Virus record (IMG/VR): IMGVR_UViG_3300020469_000020
Span: 32,001-96,000 of that record
DNA: 64,000 nt
Source: a virus
Strand: one strand, 5' to 3'
Positions 28,069-38,462 of this stretch are shown here, piece by piece; the stretch's first letter is position 1; every line of letters begins with the position of its first letter. The notes under the pieces were generated by a model that saw only the letters and a program-made list of their open reading frames with translations, had not been told where the DNA came from and made no database searches. The position numbers were made by a program, and so were the translations under genes.

Positions 28069-31000
28069 ATGCCTGAAACCGTTTCACGAATACTAATTAA
28101 AAGCTCAACCTCCAAACCAACTCCTAATACCGGTACTTTACAAAGAGCAGAATTAGCTTATTCATATTCTTCTGATAAATTATTCATAGGTGATGAATTA
28201 GGTCAAGAACCTCTTTTAATTGGTGGAAAGACATTTTTAAGTTTATTTGATAATGTATTAGATGATAATGGAACGGCAAAAGCTGGTCAAGTATTTGCTG
28301 GTAATGTTATTATAGCAGGCGCAAATAATACAATTGATGATTTAAATATTGAAAACTTAAAAGTAAATGGTGTACCATTAGCTACTGCTAATATTACAGA
28401 AGTTATCACAAGCAACACTCTTCCAAATGTAGCCGATACAAAATTAGTTTCAGCTAAAGCAGTAAAAGACTATATTGGAAATGAGTGGTTAGATTATCTA
28501 GAAACAATTTCAGCAAACACAGTATCTTCTGGACAATTATTAATTGTAGGTGCAAATAATAAATTTGAAAATAAAAGCACCACCGGAGCCATAAAATTTT
28601 TTGCAAATGGTCATTCCGAGATTAATAATAGTTATATAGAAAATTCTATGCTAAAGAATTTTTCTATTCGTTTAGGATCTCAAGATATAAAACTTGGTGA
28701 TGCGACTCTAGTAAATTTAAATTTGGATACATCCGGAGTATTAAATGTTAATCGTGGAGGTACAGATAGATATGACATAGAAAAAGATTATGTGATGTTA
28801 GGAAATGGTACTAATTCAGTATCTACAACAAGTGATTTCGTTTTTAATATTGATACCGCTAATAACAATCTACTTTATGCAAACGCAAATGCACATATAA
28901 CTAAAAGTGCAACAGTTGGTGAAACTCTTCAAGTGGCAAATGGATTATTTACATCCAATACTAATTTAAGATTCAAAGAATTTTTTCAAATAATTAACAT
29001 AGAAAATATAAGTTCATTTGATTCATCAATTGTATCTTACGATCTTATCAGTGAGTATTTCAGCTTTTCTACAGGAACAGTATTAAATGTATCTGACGCT
29101 GGTCTTGTTAATATAAAATCACCTACATTATTTTTTGGTTCAGAATTAACAACATCCAACAATACAGTTACTACTTTAACAGGAAAATTATTTGCAAATA
29201 ATGATTCTTCTTTTAATGGTAATACATTAACTGTTTCTACAGACACAATTACTACCTTTGATGGACTTGTTACTTTAAACAATAATACATTTATTAATGG
29301 TAACAATCTTAATGTATCTACTAGTACAGTAACAACTGTTGACGGTCTTGTAACTCTAAACAATAACACATTTATTAATGGCAATACTTTAAATGTTTCA
29401 GTTGATACTACATCAACTTTTGAAGGTGTTGTTAATTTAGAAAATAATACTTTTGTCAATGGTAATACTTTAAATGTTTCTGCGAATACTTTATCTACGT
29501 TTGATGGACCAATTGTTCTTAATGGACAAGTTGATATAAATGGTGACGTAGTTTTTAGAGGCAATACTACCTATCTAGGAGAAAACTTCACTGTATCAAA
29601 TAATACTACAGTAGATATAAGTGGTAATGCTTTCTTCAAAGGTGATCAATTAAATGTATCTTCTAATACAATAACAACAGTTGATGGTGAATCTGCATTT
29701 AACAAAAAAGTAGATATCAATGCTCCACTTACTGTATACGATAATGCAGAAGTAAAAGGAAATTTAGTTGTTGAACAAGACCTTTTTGTATATGGTAACT
29801 CAACTCAAATATTAACAGAAACATTAACTGTTGAAGATAATATTATTGTTCTTGCTGCGAATAATACTACAGACGTTGTTGATTTGGGATTTGCCGGTAG
29901 ATACAATGAAAGCGGAACTCCTGCTTTTGCGGGGTTGTTTAGGGATGCAACAAATAATAAATTTTTCTTATTTGAAGATTATCCTACAGAACCGCCTATA
30001 GTATCAATGACAGGTTTTGATAGTGCAACAATGTTAGCTACCTTATTTGCTGACATAGAAGCAAATACTATCATAGCACATAAAGGAACTCTAGATGATG
30101 TAGTTATTACGAATTCTCATTTAAATGATAGTTTTGCAAATAACTTAACAAGTAACAATGCTACTTTAAATACTGGAACAATAGATAGTTTCACGATAAC
30201 TAATTCTCATTTGAATGATAGTTTTGCTAATAATTTAACAAGTAATAATGCAACTTTAAATAGTGCCGTTCTTAATAATGCCTCAATACATGACTCATTT
30301 GCAAATAACATAACTGCAAATAATGTAGACATAAACTTTGGAACTATAAGAAGCGTAAGCATATATAATTCTACCATATATGATTCAAGTATAGTAGATG
30401 ATTCCACTGCAAATAATTTAACAAGCAATAATGCAACACTAAATTCTGTTGTTATTGAAACTGCAACCGCTAACAATATTACAAGTAATAATGCTGTCTT
30501 AAATACAGCAACCATTTATAATGCAGTTGCAAATAATTTATTGAGTAATAATGCTACTTTATATTTTGCAAAAATATATGATTCTAATTTATTTAATGCA
30601 CATGCCACAACTTTAAGTGTTGATGTCCTTGATGCAGGTTCTATTAGTTTTAGAACTGCTATTGAAAATATAGATGCAAATAATTATATCGGTAATACAG
30701 CAACTATAGATAATATAGATGCAAATAATTACACCGGTAATACAGCAACTATTATAAATGTAGATGCAAATAATTATACTGGTAACACAGCAACTATAAA
30801 TGATATAGTTGCAAACAATATTACAACAAATACGTTTACTTCATTAGTTAAAACAGAAGCTACTGAGGAAATAAAGGTATTAGGTGTTTCTGGTACAAGC
30901 GGTAAATTAGTATTAAATTGCTCTAATAATTCTCATGGCCAAACTGTTATTGCACAGCCACATTCAGCTAGTGTAACAAATATATTAACATTACCGGCCG

Positions 31001-32094
31001 GTGCTGATCAAGAACTTGTTGGTACTGTTGCACAACAAACATTAACAAGTAAAACACTTGATGCTCCGAGTGTTAACAATCTATTAACACTTAGAGGAGA
31101 TGGTTCTTCTGTTACAGGTCAACTTAAATTAAATTGTCATGATAATTCTCATGGACAGACTATTATTGCACAGCCGCATTCAGCTAGTGTAACAAATATA
31201 TTAACATTACCTCCTGGTGGTAATCAAGAGATAGTAGGAACTACTGCTACACAAACACTTGTTAGTAAAACACTTGATGCACCAAGTATAGAAAATTTAT
31301 TAACTCTAAGAGGTGATGGTTCTTCTGTTACTGGTCAACTTAAATTAAATTGTCATGATAATTCTCATGGTCAAACCATAATAGCTCAACCACATTCAGC
31401 TAGTGTAACAAATATATTAACACTACCAGCTGGCGCCGATCAAGAATTTGTCGGAACTCTTGCACAACAGACATTAACAAGTAAAACATTAACATCTCCT
31501 CAAATTAATAATGCAACAATTGCTAATGCAGCAATAACTTCTGGTACAATGACTAGTACTGCATTAGATTCTGTTACTATTATAGATTCCAGTGCAAATA
31601 ATTTAACAAGTAACAATACTACACTTGGTGGAACAACTACCTTTAATGGTAACACAACTATTACTGAAAATCTAACAGTTAATAAAGATTTAACGGTAGA
31701 TGGTAATTTATTCTTAACGGGCAATACTGTTACACTAGATGCACAGACATTGACTGTGGAAGATAATATAATTCTACTTAGTTCAAATAATGCTGCTGAT
31801 GTTACAGATACAGGATTTGCAGGTAAATATAATAATGGAAGTTCCGATTTATATGCTGGTATCTTTAGAGATGCTACTGATGGGGTCTTTTATATATTCA
31901 AAGACTACACCTCAGAGCCAGGAACAACAATGACAGGATTTAATACTGCTACAATGAGAGCCACTCTTGCTGGCGATTTTGAAGCTAACAATATTGTAGT
32001 TGATTCCGGTAGTTTTGAAAATGTAACTTCAAATAATGCCACAATAACTAATAGCACAATCAGTGATACAGTCATTGATTGTGGAACATTCTAA
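28069..32094 (+). CDS. Tail fibre / receptor-binding protein
   Basis: N-terminal RILIK.S...L..AELAYS...KLFIG fibre anchor; N/T-rich repeats; C-terminal IDCGTF. Confidence 0.85.
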   Translation: MPETVSRILIKSSTSKPTPNTGTLQRAELAYSYSSDKLFIGDELGQEPLLIGGKTFLSLFDNVLDDNGTAKAGQVFAGNVIIAGANNTIDDLNIENLKVNGVPLATANITEVITSNTLPNVADTKLVSAKAVKDYIGNEWLDYLETISANTVSSGQLLIVGANNKFENKSTTGAIKFFANGHSEINNSYIENSMLKNFSIRLGSQDIKLGDATLVNLNLDTSGVLNVNRGGTDRYDIEKDYVMLGNGTNSVSTTSDFVFNIDTANNNLLYANANAHITKSATVGETLQVANGLFTSNTNLRFKEFFQIINIENISSFDSSIVSYDLISEYFSFSTGTVLNVSDAGLVNIKSPTLFFGSELTTSNNTVTTLTGKLFANNDSSFNGNTLTVSTDTITTFDGLVTLNNNTFINGNNLNVSTSTVTTVDGLVTLNNNTFINGNTLNVSVDTTSTFEGVVNLENNTFVNGNTLNVSANTLSTFDGPIVLNGQVDINGDVVFRGNTTYLGENFTVSNNTTVDISGNAFFKGDQLNVSSNTITTVDGESAFNKKVDINAPLTVYDNAEVKGNLVVEQDLFVYGNSTQILTETLTVEDNIIVLAANNTTDVVDLGFAGRYNESGTPAFAGLFRDATNNKFFLFEDYPTEPPIVSMTGFDSATMLATLFADIEANTIIAHKGTLDDVVITNSHLNDSFANNLTSNNATLNTGTIDSFTITNSHLNDSFANNLTSNNATLNSAVLNNASIHDSFANNITANNVDINFGTIRSVSIYNSTIYDSSIVDDSTANNLTSNNATLNSVVIETATANNITSNNAVLNTATIYNAVANNLLSNNATLYFAKIYDSNLFNAHATTLSVDVLDAGSISFRTAIENIDANNYIGNTATIDNIDANNYTGNTATIINVDANNYTGNTATINDIVANNITTNTFTSLVKTEATEEIKVLGVSGTSGKLVLNCSNNSHGQTVIAQPHSASVTNILTLPAGADQELVGTVAQQTLTSKTLDAPSVNNLLTLRGDGSSVTGQLKLNCHDNSHGQTIIAQPHSASVTNILTLPPGGNQEIVGTTATQTLVSKTLDAPSIENLLTLRGDGSSVTGQLKLNCHDNSHGQTIIAQPHSASVTNILTLPAGADQEFVGTLAQQTLTSKTLTSPQINNATIANAAITSGTMTSTALDSVTIIDSSANNLTSNNTTLGGTTTFNGNTTITENLTVNKDLTVDGNLFLTGNTVTLDAQTLTVEDNIILLSSNNAADVTDTGFAGKYNNGSSDLYAGIFRDATDGVFYIFKDYTSEPGTTMTGFNTATMRATLAGDFEANNIVVDSGSFENVTSNNATITNSTISDTVIDCGTF
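30895..31495 (+). repeat. Three tandem ~70-aa (~210 bp) repeats in fibre gene
   Basis: G.L.LNC..NSHGQT.IAQPHSASVTNILTLP x3, near-identical DNA. Confidence 0.9.
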
Positions 32095-32101
32095 AATACA
32101 T

Positions 32102-32641
32102 ATGTCAAATATAGTACAAGAAATTTTAGAAAACGCCGCAATGACGGCTAATATGACAGTTTTATATAATGTATTTGTTGGTAAGCCAACTGAAACTGCT
32201 ACCGTTGAAAATATAAATCAAGCAGTGAGCATGTTATCCGTTAACAATAAATTTACTAAAGAAGATATCAAAGATGATATTATGAACGCTCAAGCAATAG
32301 CAATGGTAGTTAATAAACAAAATAAAAAAACTATTGGATTTGGAATGATAAGAAAACCAAATCTAGAAAAGAAAATTCAAATATTTAAAGATGCTGATAA
32401 TGAAGAACTATCTTCAGAATATATATTTGAATTAGATAATATTGTTGTTGATAGAGAACATAGAGGAAAAGGAGTTGGTGAATATATAATACAAAGATTA
32501 ATAGGATTGAGAACTGGTAGAGGAACTACAATTTACTGTAGTACAAATAGTCAAGATATTAGTAGAGTTTTAAAGGTTAAGTGCAGATTTGAAAATCTAA
32601 AAGATAATGATGAACAACCTTTCTTATTGGGAGTTATGTGA
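32102..32641 (+). CDS. GNAT-family acetyltransferase
   Basis: LDNIVVDREHRGKGVGEYII acetyl-CoA motif A; start at ATG (MSNIVQE). Confidence 0.8.
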   Translation: MSNIVQEILENAAMTANMTVLYNVFVGKPTETATVENINQAVSMLSVNNKFTKEDIKDDIMNAQAIAMVVNKQNKKTIGFGMIRKPNLEKKIQIFKDADNEELSSEYIFELDNIVVDREHRGKGVGEYIIQRLIGLRTGRGTTIYCSTNSQDISRVLKVKCRFENLKDNDEQPFLLGVM

Positions 32642-33267
32642 GAAATATAAATCAACAAACTGATGATATATTACAAAGTGATAGTCAAGTAAAAAAGAAT
32701 TTAATAGATACAAAAAATTGGTTTCGTGAAAAAATAAATCAGGTACTTTATCCTACAAATCGTATTGTTGGATTACGTGAAAGACCTACTACTTTTTATA
32801 ATGATAATTTAAATAGAAGAATTTATAGAGGTTCTGACATTAGACCAGGTTCTTTATATTGCTGGTTCTATGACCCAAAGTATAAAAGAACATTACCTTA
32901 TTATGATGCGTTTCCAGTTGCGTTTATTATGAATATGAAAGAAAAAGGATTTCTTGGCATAAATATGCATTACTTACCACTACGTTCTAGGTCTATTTTA
33001 CTTACTAGATTGTTTGATAATATGCTAAAAAAAACAACATATTCAACATATATGGATCTACAATACTCAACATTAAATGAAGCATCAAGGTATCGTGAAT
33101 TTAAACCATGTTTGAAAAGATATTTATTAAATAAGATTCGTGGACAAATGATAGAGATACCTCCAGATGAGTGGATACGTACAATATTCTTACCACTAGA
33201 AAGTTTCCAGAAAAGAAGCAGTTCTTTTGTATGGAGAGATTCAGCAAGAAAGGCAAGAGGTTTATGA
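32638..33267 (+). CDS. gp2: DNA end protector gp2
   Basis: YDPKYK.TLPYYD.FP, GFLGINMHYLP, KPCLKRYL, VWRDS. Confidence 0.93.
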   Translation: MRNINQQTDDILQSDSQVKKNLIDTKNWFREKINQVLYPTNRIVGLRERPTTFYNDNLNRRIYRGSDIRPGSLYCWFYDPKYKRTLPYYDAFPVAFIMNMKEKGFLGINMHYLPLRSRSILLTRLFDNMLKKTTYSTYMDLQYSTLNEASRYREFKPCLKRYLLNKIRGQMIEIPPDEWIRTIFLPLESFQKRSSSFVWRDSARKARGL

Positions 33268-34004
33268 GCACTCCCTTTTCAAATCAAAAAAGATTTAATG
33301 TTTCGGACATTGGTAAAAAAATAACCGGAGTTAATTATCTATCTAAGTTTCATTTTGAAATAGATTTAAATAAAGGTGATATTGTTGGTGATAATTGGAG
33401 AGCCACTCTTGATTTAGCTGAAGGAAATGATTTAGAAAATAAATTAAAAGATATATTCATATATTCAGAAAATATTACTATACCATCAAGAGGATTAAAT
33501 ACAGAAGCATATGTTTTTTCCAACGGCTTTCGTTTTGAGGTACCGACAGGAACTAACTATGGAGATGGAAATATTAGTGTAAACATAAGAGTAGATGAGA
33601 AATATGAACTATATAATTTTTTTATTAATTGGATGGATCTAATACATTCTAAAGAAACAGGATTTTTTGCTTTTCAAAATACATATGTAACAGATATTCG
33701 TATAAGACAAATACACGATTCACAGCCAGCATCACGGTACAGTAAATTTATAGAAAATGTCAGCTTTAACAGTGATTCAAAGAAAGGTTTTGTATATGGA
33801 GTAGATTTAATTAATTGTTATCCAAAGTCAGTAGGAGCAATACAATTTAGACATGACGCTAAAGATTTTGTTAAGTTTAATGTAGATTTTAGTTATGAGA
33901 AAATAAATTATATTATGCCTAAGTTAAATGCTTTATCTATAGAGCAGGCTGCGGCTGCAGACTTAGACGCACAAGAATTATTTCTGGCAGCTGGAATTAT
34001 ATAG
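33264..34004 (+). CDS. gp54: Baseplate tail-tube initiator (gp54/gp19-like)
   Basis: Tube-fold pattern (FFINWMDLI, LINCYPKSV, F.V.FSYE); position before gp26. Confidence 0.65.
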   Translation: MSTPFSNQKRFNVSDIGKKITGVNYLSKFHFEIDLNKGDIVGDNWRATLDLAEGNDLENKLKDIFIYSENITIPSRGLNTEAYVFSNGFRFEVPTGTNYGDGNISVNIRVDEKYELYNFFINWMDLIHSKETGFFAFQNTYVTDIRIRQIHDSQPASRYSKFIENVSFNSDSKKGFVYGVDLINCYPKSVGAIQFRHDAKDFVKFNVDFSYEKINYIMPKLNALSIEQAAAADLDAQELFLAAGII

Positions 34005-34032
34005 ATAATTTTTAAATACATGAGAGGATATA

Positions 34033-34755
34033 ATGATTTTACCAAAGTTGAATAGAATTACCTATTCATTGAGATTGCCTTCAAATGATAAAGAAATAGT
34101 TTTTAGACCATTTACAGTTGAAGAAGAAAAAATATTATTGACCGCACAAGAATCAACTGAAAGTGCGGATATTCTTCGTGCAATGAGACAGATTATTAAT
34201 AATTGTGTGCAGACCGAAATCAATGTTATGAAGCTTCCGACTTTTGATATTGAATATTTCTTTTTAAATATACGTGCAAAGTCAACAGGTGAAGAAATAG
34301 AGTTACTATTAAAACATCCAATGGAAACTAATAGTAAAGGTGAACAGTGTGAATATAAAGAAAAAGCTAAAATTAGTATAGAAGATATAAAGGTTAGCAA
34401 GCCAGAAAATACAAATAATAAATTTCAGCTTGATGAAAATGTTGGTGTGTTCATGAGATATCCAACAATTGAATCAGTTGCTGTTCAAGCAGATGATGAT
34501 TTTGATGCTTTTATAAAACTAATTGCTAACTGTATAGAAACAATTTATGATAAAGAAGGTACTTATAATCCAGAAGATGTTTCTAATGAAGAGTTAATCA
34601 AGTTTGTTTATAGCATGAATCAAAATCAAATAGGTCAAATACAAGAATTTTTTGATAACATGCCAGTTTTAACTCACACTGTTAATTACATATGTTCACA
34701 GTGTGGATGTAAAGAGAAAGTTACAATAGAAGGATTCCAGAATTTTTTTTTATAG
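34033..34755 (+). CDS. gp26: Baseplate hub assembly protein gp26
   Basis: LPK...Y.L.LPS...FRPFTVEEEKILL, FDIEYFFLNIRAKS.GE, CxxC..EG.QNFF. Confidence 0.93.
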   Translation: MILPKLNRITYSLRLPSNDKEIVFRPFTVEEEKILLTAQESTESADILRAMRQIINNCVQTEINVMKLPTFDIEYFFLNIRAKSTGEEIELLLKHPMETNSKGEQCEYKEKAKISIEDIKVSKPENTNNKFQLDENVGVFMRYPTIESVAVQADDDFDAFIKLIANCIETIYDKEGTYNPEDVSNEELIKFVYSMNQNQIGQIQEFFDNMPVLTHTVNYICSQCGCKEKVTIEGFQNFFL

Positions 34756-34757
34756 CT

Positions 34758-34937
34758 ATGAGTAATGATTCTTTGATTAATCATTATACTTTGAATTTTG
34801 AATTAATGTATCATCATAATTTTTCAATAACGGAACTAAATAATATGTTTCCTTATGAAAGAGCGGTGTACCTTGAGTTATTAAACAATTACCTTGAGAA
34901 AAAACAACTAGAAGAACAACAAAGAAAAAATGCCTAG
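34758..34937 (+). CDS. gp51: Baseplate hub assembly catalyst gp51-like
   Basis: Manual translation MSNDSLINHYTLNFELMYHHNFSITELNNMFPYERAVYLELLNNYLEKKQLEEQQRKNA; not in ORF track. Confidence 0.85.
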   Translation: MSNDSLINHYTLNFELMYHHNFSITELNNMFPYERAVYLELLNNYLEKKQLEEQQRKNA

Positions 34938-37533
34938 CACTACACTACCAGTATTAAACGGGGGAATAGTTGAACTCAACACTACAGAACTTACTAAGAG
35001 TATTAAAGAATTAGCAGGTCAAGTAAAGGAGTTAGTTGAGGATAATAAAAAATCTTCAGAACAAGACGAAAAACAAACTCAGTCATTAGAAGCATTATCT
35101 AAAAACTTTTCTTCTAATAGAGGAGTATCTACTAGTCAAAGAAACGCAATCAACAATGCTTCCAATCCTACAAATAGAGCACAATCTTTATTGAATCTTA
35201 GTGCTTCTGGTATCATGAGAGCAACTGCTGGTGATTTAAGGGAACGTGCCATAGACAGATTTCAAAATAATTCTCTTGTAAAATTTGGAATGAATGCTGC
35301 TAATGCATATCGTGGATTTACTGGAAGATCGCCTGCTGGTTCAAGAAGAGAATTAACTCAATCTCAGCTTGAAGATAAAAGAGAGAATACAGAAAGACAG
35401 GAGACAACTAATGATTTGTTAAAAAAGATTTTAGAGGCTTTATCAGGCAAAGGAAGTGGAGTTTTAGATCCAAAAAAAGAAGGTGGTATAATTTCTAGTA
35501 TACTTGGTACAATTGGCTCTGCTCTTTTAATACCAAAATTACTAAAGGCGTTAGGTTTAGCAGCAATTGCTGGTTTAGGTGCATACCTTGTTGATAATGC
35601 ACCAGAATTACGTTCAGTTATTAAATCCATTAAAAGTTTTATTGATATTTTTAAAACTCTTGAAATGCCAAAGGGGTTTGCCGGTTTAAAAACTAGTTTT
35701 AAAAATATTAGCACTTGGATTAGTGAAACTACAGATAAATTATCTAAATTAAAGTTAACAAACATAACAAATGCATTTACTACAAATTTAACAAAACTTA
35801 CTGATTTTTTAAAATCTATTAAAACAAACATTTTTGAAAAATTTCCTAAAATAGATAAAATAGTTACCCCTTCATTCACGGATAAATTAAGAGCAGTTAC
35901 TACATTTTTTAAAAATATATCAAATTTTATAAAAATAGATGATATGCCTTCTCCTAAAATTATGAGTGGGATTGGAACTTTAATTAAAGATTTTGGTATC
36001 AGATTTAATTCAGTATTTGATTCTGTTAAAACTGCGGTTTCTAATTTAAAAAATTTAATTCCTAATTTACCCAAAAGTTTACTACCATCACCTTCTTCTA
36101 TTCCACCTTCAGTAATGGGTCAAGTAAAGTCGAGTGATATATTGTCTAAATCGGCAAAAACTATTGTAGATAGTGGTCCTAAATCAATATTGTCAAGGAT
36201 TGGAAAGAGTGTAGGTTCTACAGGTTTAAGTGTTGCTAATAAAGGTTTGGGTATTGTTGCTGCCATCGATGTGGCTAGAAATTACATAGAGGATGATAAA
36301 GTAAGAGATAATTTAATGTTAGGTCCTGAAGAAAAACTAACAAAAGGACAAAGAATCCGATCTTCTGCCCAGCAGACTCTTGTAAATTTTGGTTTTCGTG
36401 GTGTATTATCACTAATGGGTTTAACGGATATTAACGCAAATAAACTTTTAACAGCAAAAATGGCATACGGTGGTAAATACGGGACTTGGCTTGGAGATCT
36501 TATGCTATTACGGGATATCCGTTTGGGTAACATAGATTTTTCAAATAAAAAAACAGACACTTCTAAACCAACTGAAGATAATGTTTTATCTTTGGCGGAA
36601 AGGATAATAAAAACAGAAGAAGGTTTTGAACCTGATCCTTATCCAGATGGGAACGGTTATGCTGTAGGATATGGATTTAATTTTGGTAAAGAAAATGTTC
36701 TTCCTTTAGACAGTACAAAAGGATTTAAATCAACAAATGAAAGAACAAAGGGTATGAGATTTGATGAAAAATATTTTTATAGAGGTGATGAGGGTAAATC
36801 TAGAGCATTAACTAAATTACGAAAAATAATAAAAGAAAGATATGATAGACTAAGTGCTAATAGTGTTTTTGCCAATTTAGCTGGTGAAGGTTCTGCAGTT
36901 AGAAAGGCTGTTATGTTATCACTAGCGTATCAAGTAGGTACGGATGGTGTGCTTAATAAAACAGATGGTTATGTAAAAATGCTTGAAGCCATATCAAAAG
37001 GAGACTTTGATGCTGCTGGATATGAAATCATAAATTCTGATACATATGAGCAATCACCAGAAAGACAAGAAAAAGCCAGTAAAATGATGAAAAGTGGAAT
37101 ATTATTGAAAAAGGAATATCCAGAATCAGCAAGTGCTGGTAACATAGCATTTTCCAGACAAAGATTAATTGTTGGAGATTATACAGGTGTTAAACAAAAT
37201 CCAGAATTGACTTTAGCATTAAGTGATCTAAGAGATAATGCAGTAGCTACTGTTCAAAAAATGAATGATAAAAATAAAAAAAATGCGATTAGAGATATAG
37301 AAATACAAAAAATAGCTTATGAAAAATCAGTGGAATTGGCAGTTAAAAAATCTCTAGATTCTGAAATGAGAATTAGAACTGCCGAGGGGAGGTCAAATGG
37401 AGGAATCAACGGTGCTACAATTCCGTTTATTAATAATGTAGTTGATAATACTCAAATCTCAAGTATAAATCAATCAGTCTTATTAAAGGATGGTCCTATT
37501 AATAAAAATAATTCTTACTTAATGCTCAGTTAA
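34930..37533 (+). CDS. Tape-measure-like protein (gp29 position) with lysozyme domain
   Basis: Helical repeats; IKTEEGF...YPDGNGYAVGYG..LAYQVG..G...ML.AI..GDF..A..E lysozyme motif; follows gp26/51. Confidence 0.75.
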   Translation: MPSTTLPVLNGGIVELNTTELTKSIKELAGQVKELVEDNKKSSEQDEKQTQSLEALSKNFSSNRGVSTSQRNAINNASNPTNRAQSLLNLSASGIMRATAGDLRERAIDRFQNNSLVKFGMNAANAYRGFTGRSPAGSRRELTQSQLEDKRENTERQETTNDLLKKILEALSGKGSGVLDPKKEGGIISSILGTIGSALLIPKLLKALGLAAIAGLGAYLVDNAPELRSVIKSIKSFIDIFKTLEMPKGFAGLKTSFKNISTWISETTDKLSKLKLTNITNAFTTNLTKLTDFLKSIKTNIFEKFPKIDKIVTPSFTDKLRAVTTFFKNISNFIKIDDMPSPKIMSGIGTLIKDFGIRFNSVFDSVKTAVSNLKNLIPNLPKSLLPSPSSIPPSVMGQVKSSDILSKSAKTIVDSGPKSILSRIGKSVGSTGLSVANKGLGIVAAIDVARNYIEDDKVRDNLMLGPEEKLTKGQRIRSSAQQTLVNFGFRGVLSLMGLTDINANKLLTAKMAYGGKYGTWLGDLMLLRDIRLGNIDFSNKKTDTSKPTEDNVLSLAERIIKTEEGFEPDPYPDGNGYAVGYGFNFGKENVLPLDSTKGFKSTNERTKGMRFDEKYFYRGDEGKSRALTKLRKIIKERYDRLSANSVFANLAGEGSAVRKAVMLSLAYQVGTDGVLNKTDGYVKMLEAISKGDFDAAGYEIINSDTYEQSPERQEKASKMMKSGILLKKEYPESASAGNIAFSRQRLIVGDYTGVKQNPELTLALSDLRDNAVATVQKMNDKNKKNAIRDIEIQKIAYEKSVELAVKKSLDSEMRIRTAEGRSNGGINGATIPFINNVVDNTQISSINQSVLLKDGPINKNNSYLMLS

Positions 37534-37878
37534 AACATTATCTTCAGTATCTACTATTATTACTTTTCTTCTACGTGCTTCGGTTTCAGTAAAGCCAGCA
37601 CGTTCACTCCCATTCTTAACTGACTTATACATTTTATCTACAGTTTTTTTATTTCTTGGTCTGTAAATAACTTTACCGTCTTTCAATGTATATTTTGTCG
37701 CAACAAGTAAATTATAAAATTCATTCATTGTCAGTTTGCGTGACTTGGTTGGTGCTGATACAGTAGAAGGTTTTGAAATAGATTTCTTTTTGCTTTTAGC
37801 TTTTAGCTTTTTCTCTTCTACTGCTTCCCAAGTTACAATAATTTCAAAGTCAGTGTCTGTAAGATGATTAATAATCAT
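37519..37878 (-). CDS. Hypothetical protein
   Basis: 119 aa basic ORF in early cluster. Confidence 0.6.
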   Translation of the reverse strand: MIINHLTDTDFEIIVTWEAVEEKKLKAKSKKKSISKPSTVSAPTKSRKLTMNEFYNLLVATKYTLKDGKVIYRPRNKKTVDKMYKSVKNGSERAGFTETEARRRKVIIVDTEDNVLTEH

Positions 37879-38054
37879 AGTTCACTTTCTGGCTGAGAGG
37901 CAAAACGGTCTTGTTCATTTTCATATATCCAAGCAAGAGTGTGAGCATCCCACTCTTCCTCAGTAATTTCTGGATATTCTAAAACATTAGAATAAATGTT
38001 AAAGTCTTCCAATTCTATAGGATTAACATTAGGTTTAGTTTGATGAATACTCAT
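37875..38054 (-). CDS. Small acidic hypothetical protein (59 aa)
   Basis: Manual: MSIHQTKPNVNPIELEDF...; ATGA overlaps with both neighbours. Confidence 0.55.
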   Translation of the reverse strand: MSIHQTKPNVNPIELEDFNIYSNVLEYPEITEEEWDAHTLAWIYENEQDRFASQPESEL

Positions 38055-38404
38055 TTTATTCTCCCAATGAGGTATTGGCGGCGTGTGTCATCACTTCCTT
38101 CAAAAGCGGCGACTTGTTCTTCAACTTTGTCGGTCAACTTTGAATAGTTACAACCCCAAGCATATGGCTTGATGGCTTCCCCATTCTTGTCAATGTAGCG
38201 AAAGCCTTGATACTGACCTGTTGAAAACAGAATTTGCTCAATGGCAGCACAGATGCCTTGGCGAAATGCTCTACCCTCTGTTCTATCCAAATCTACCCCA
38301 AAATCAGAGTTGAGCAGGTTCTTGTTCAACTGGTTGACTGTCTCTGCTACTGAAATTGTCTTGCGCTTTGACATTGCGATTCTCGCTGAAGGTTTATGTC
38401 TCAC
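38051..38404 (-). CDS. Early hypothetical protein
   Basis: Follows promoter cassette; true start probably MSKRK; EQILF.TG.Y.GF.Y..DDTRR.Y. Confidence 0.65.
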   Translation of the reverse strand: MRHKPSARIAMSKRKTISVAETVNQLNKNLLNSDFGVDLDRTEGRAFRQGICAAIEQILFSTGQYQGFRYIDKNGEAIKPYAWGCNYSKLTDKVEEQVAAFEGSDDTRRQYLIGRIK

Positions 38405-38446
38405 TCACTCTGATCAGATCATAACAGACTTGACGATAATGTCAAG
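38398..38446 (-). promoter_or_regulatory. Sigma70 early promoter cassette (TTGACA-N16-TATGAT)
   Basis: Degenerate copy of the repeated cassette. Confidence 0.75.
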
Positions 38447-38462
38447 TCTTTTTTTAAGATTT

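Noticed and set aside
28069-32094. Diversity-generating retroelement target/template repeats
   Set aside because: Repeats are in-frame tandem coding units differing mostly at synonymous sites; no reverse transcriptase in the window.
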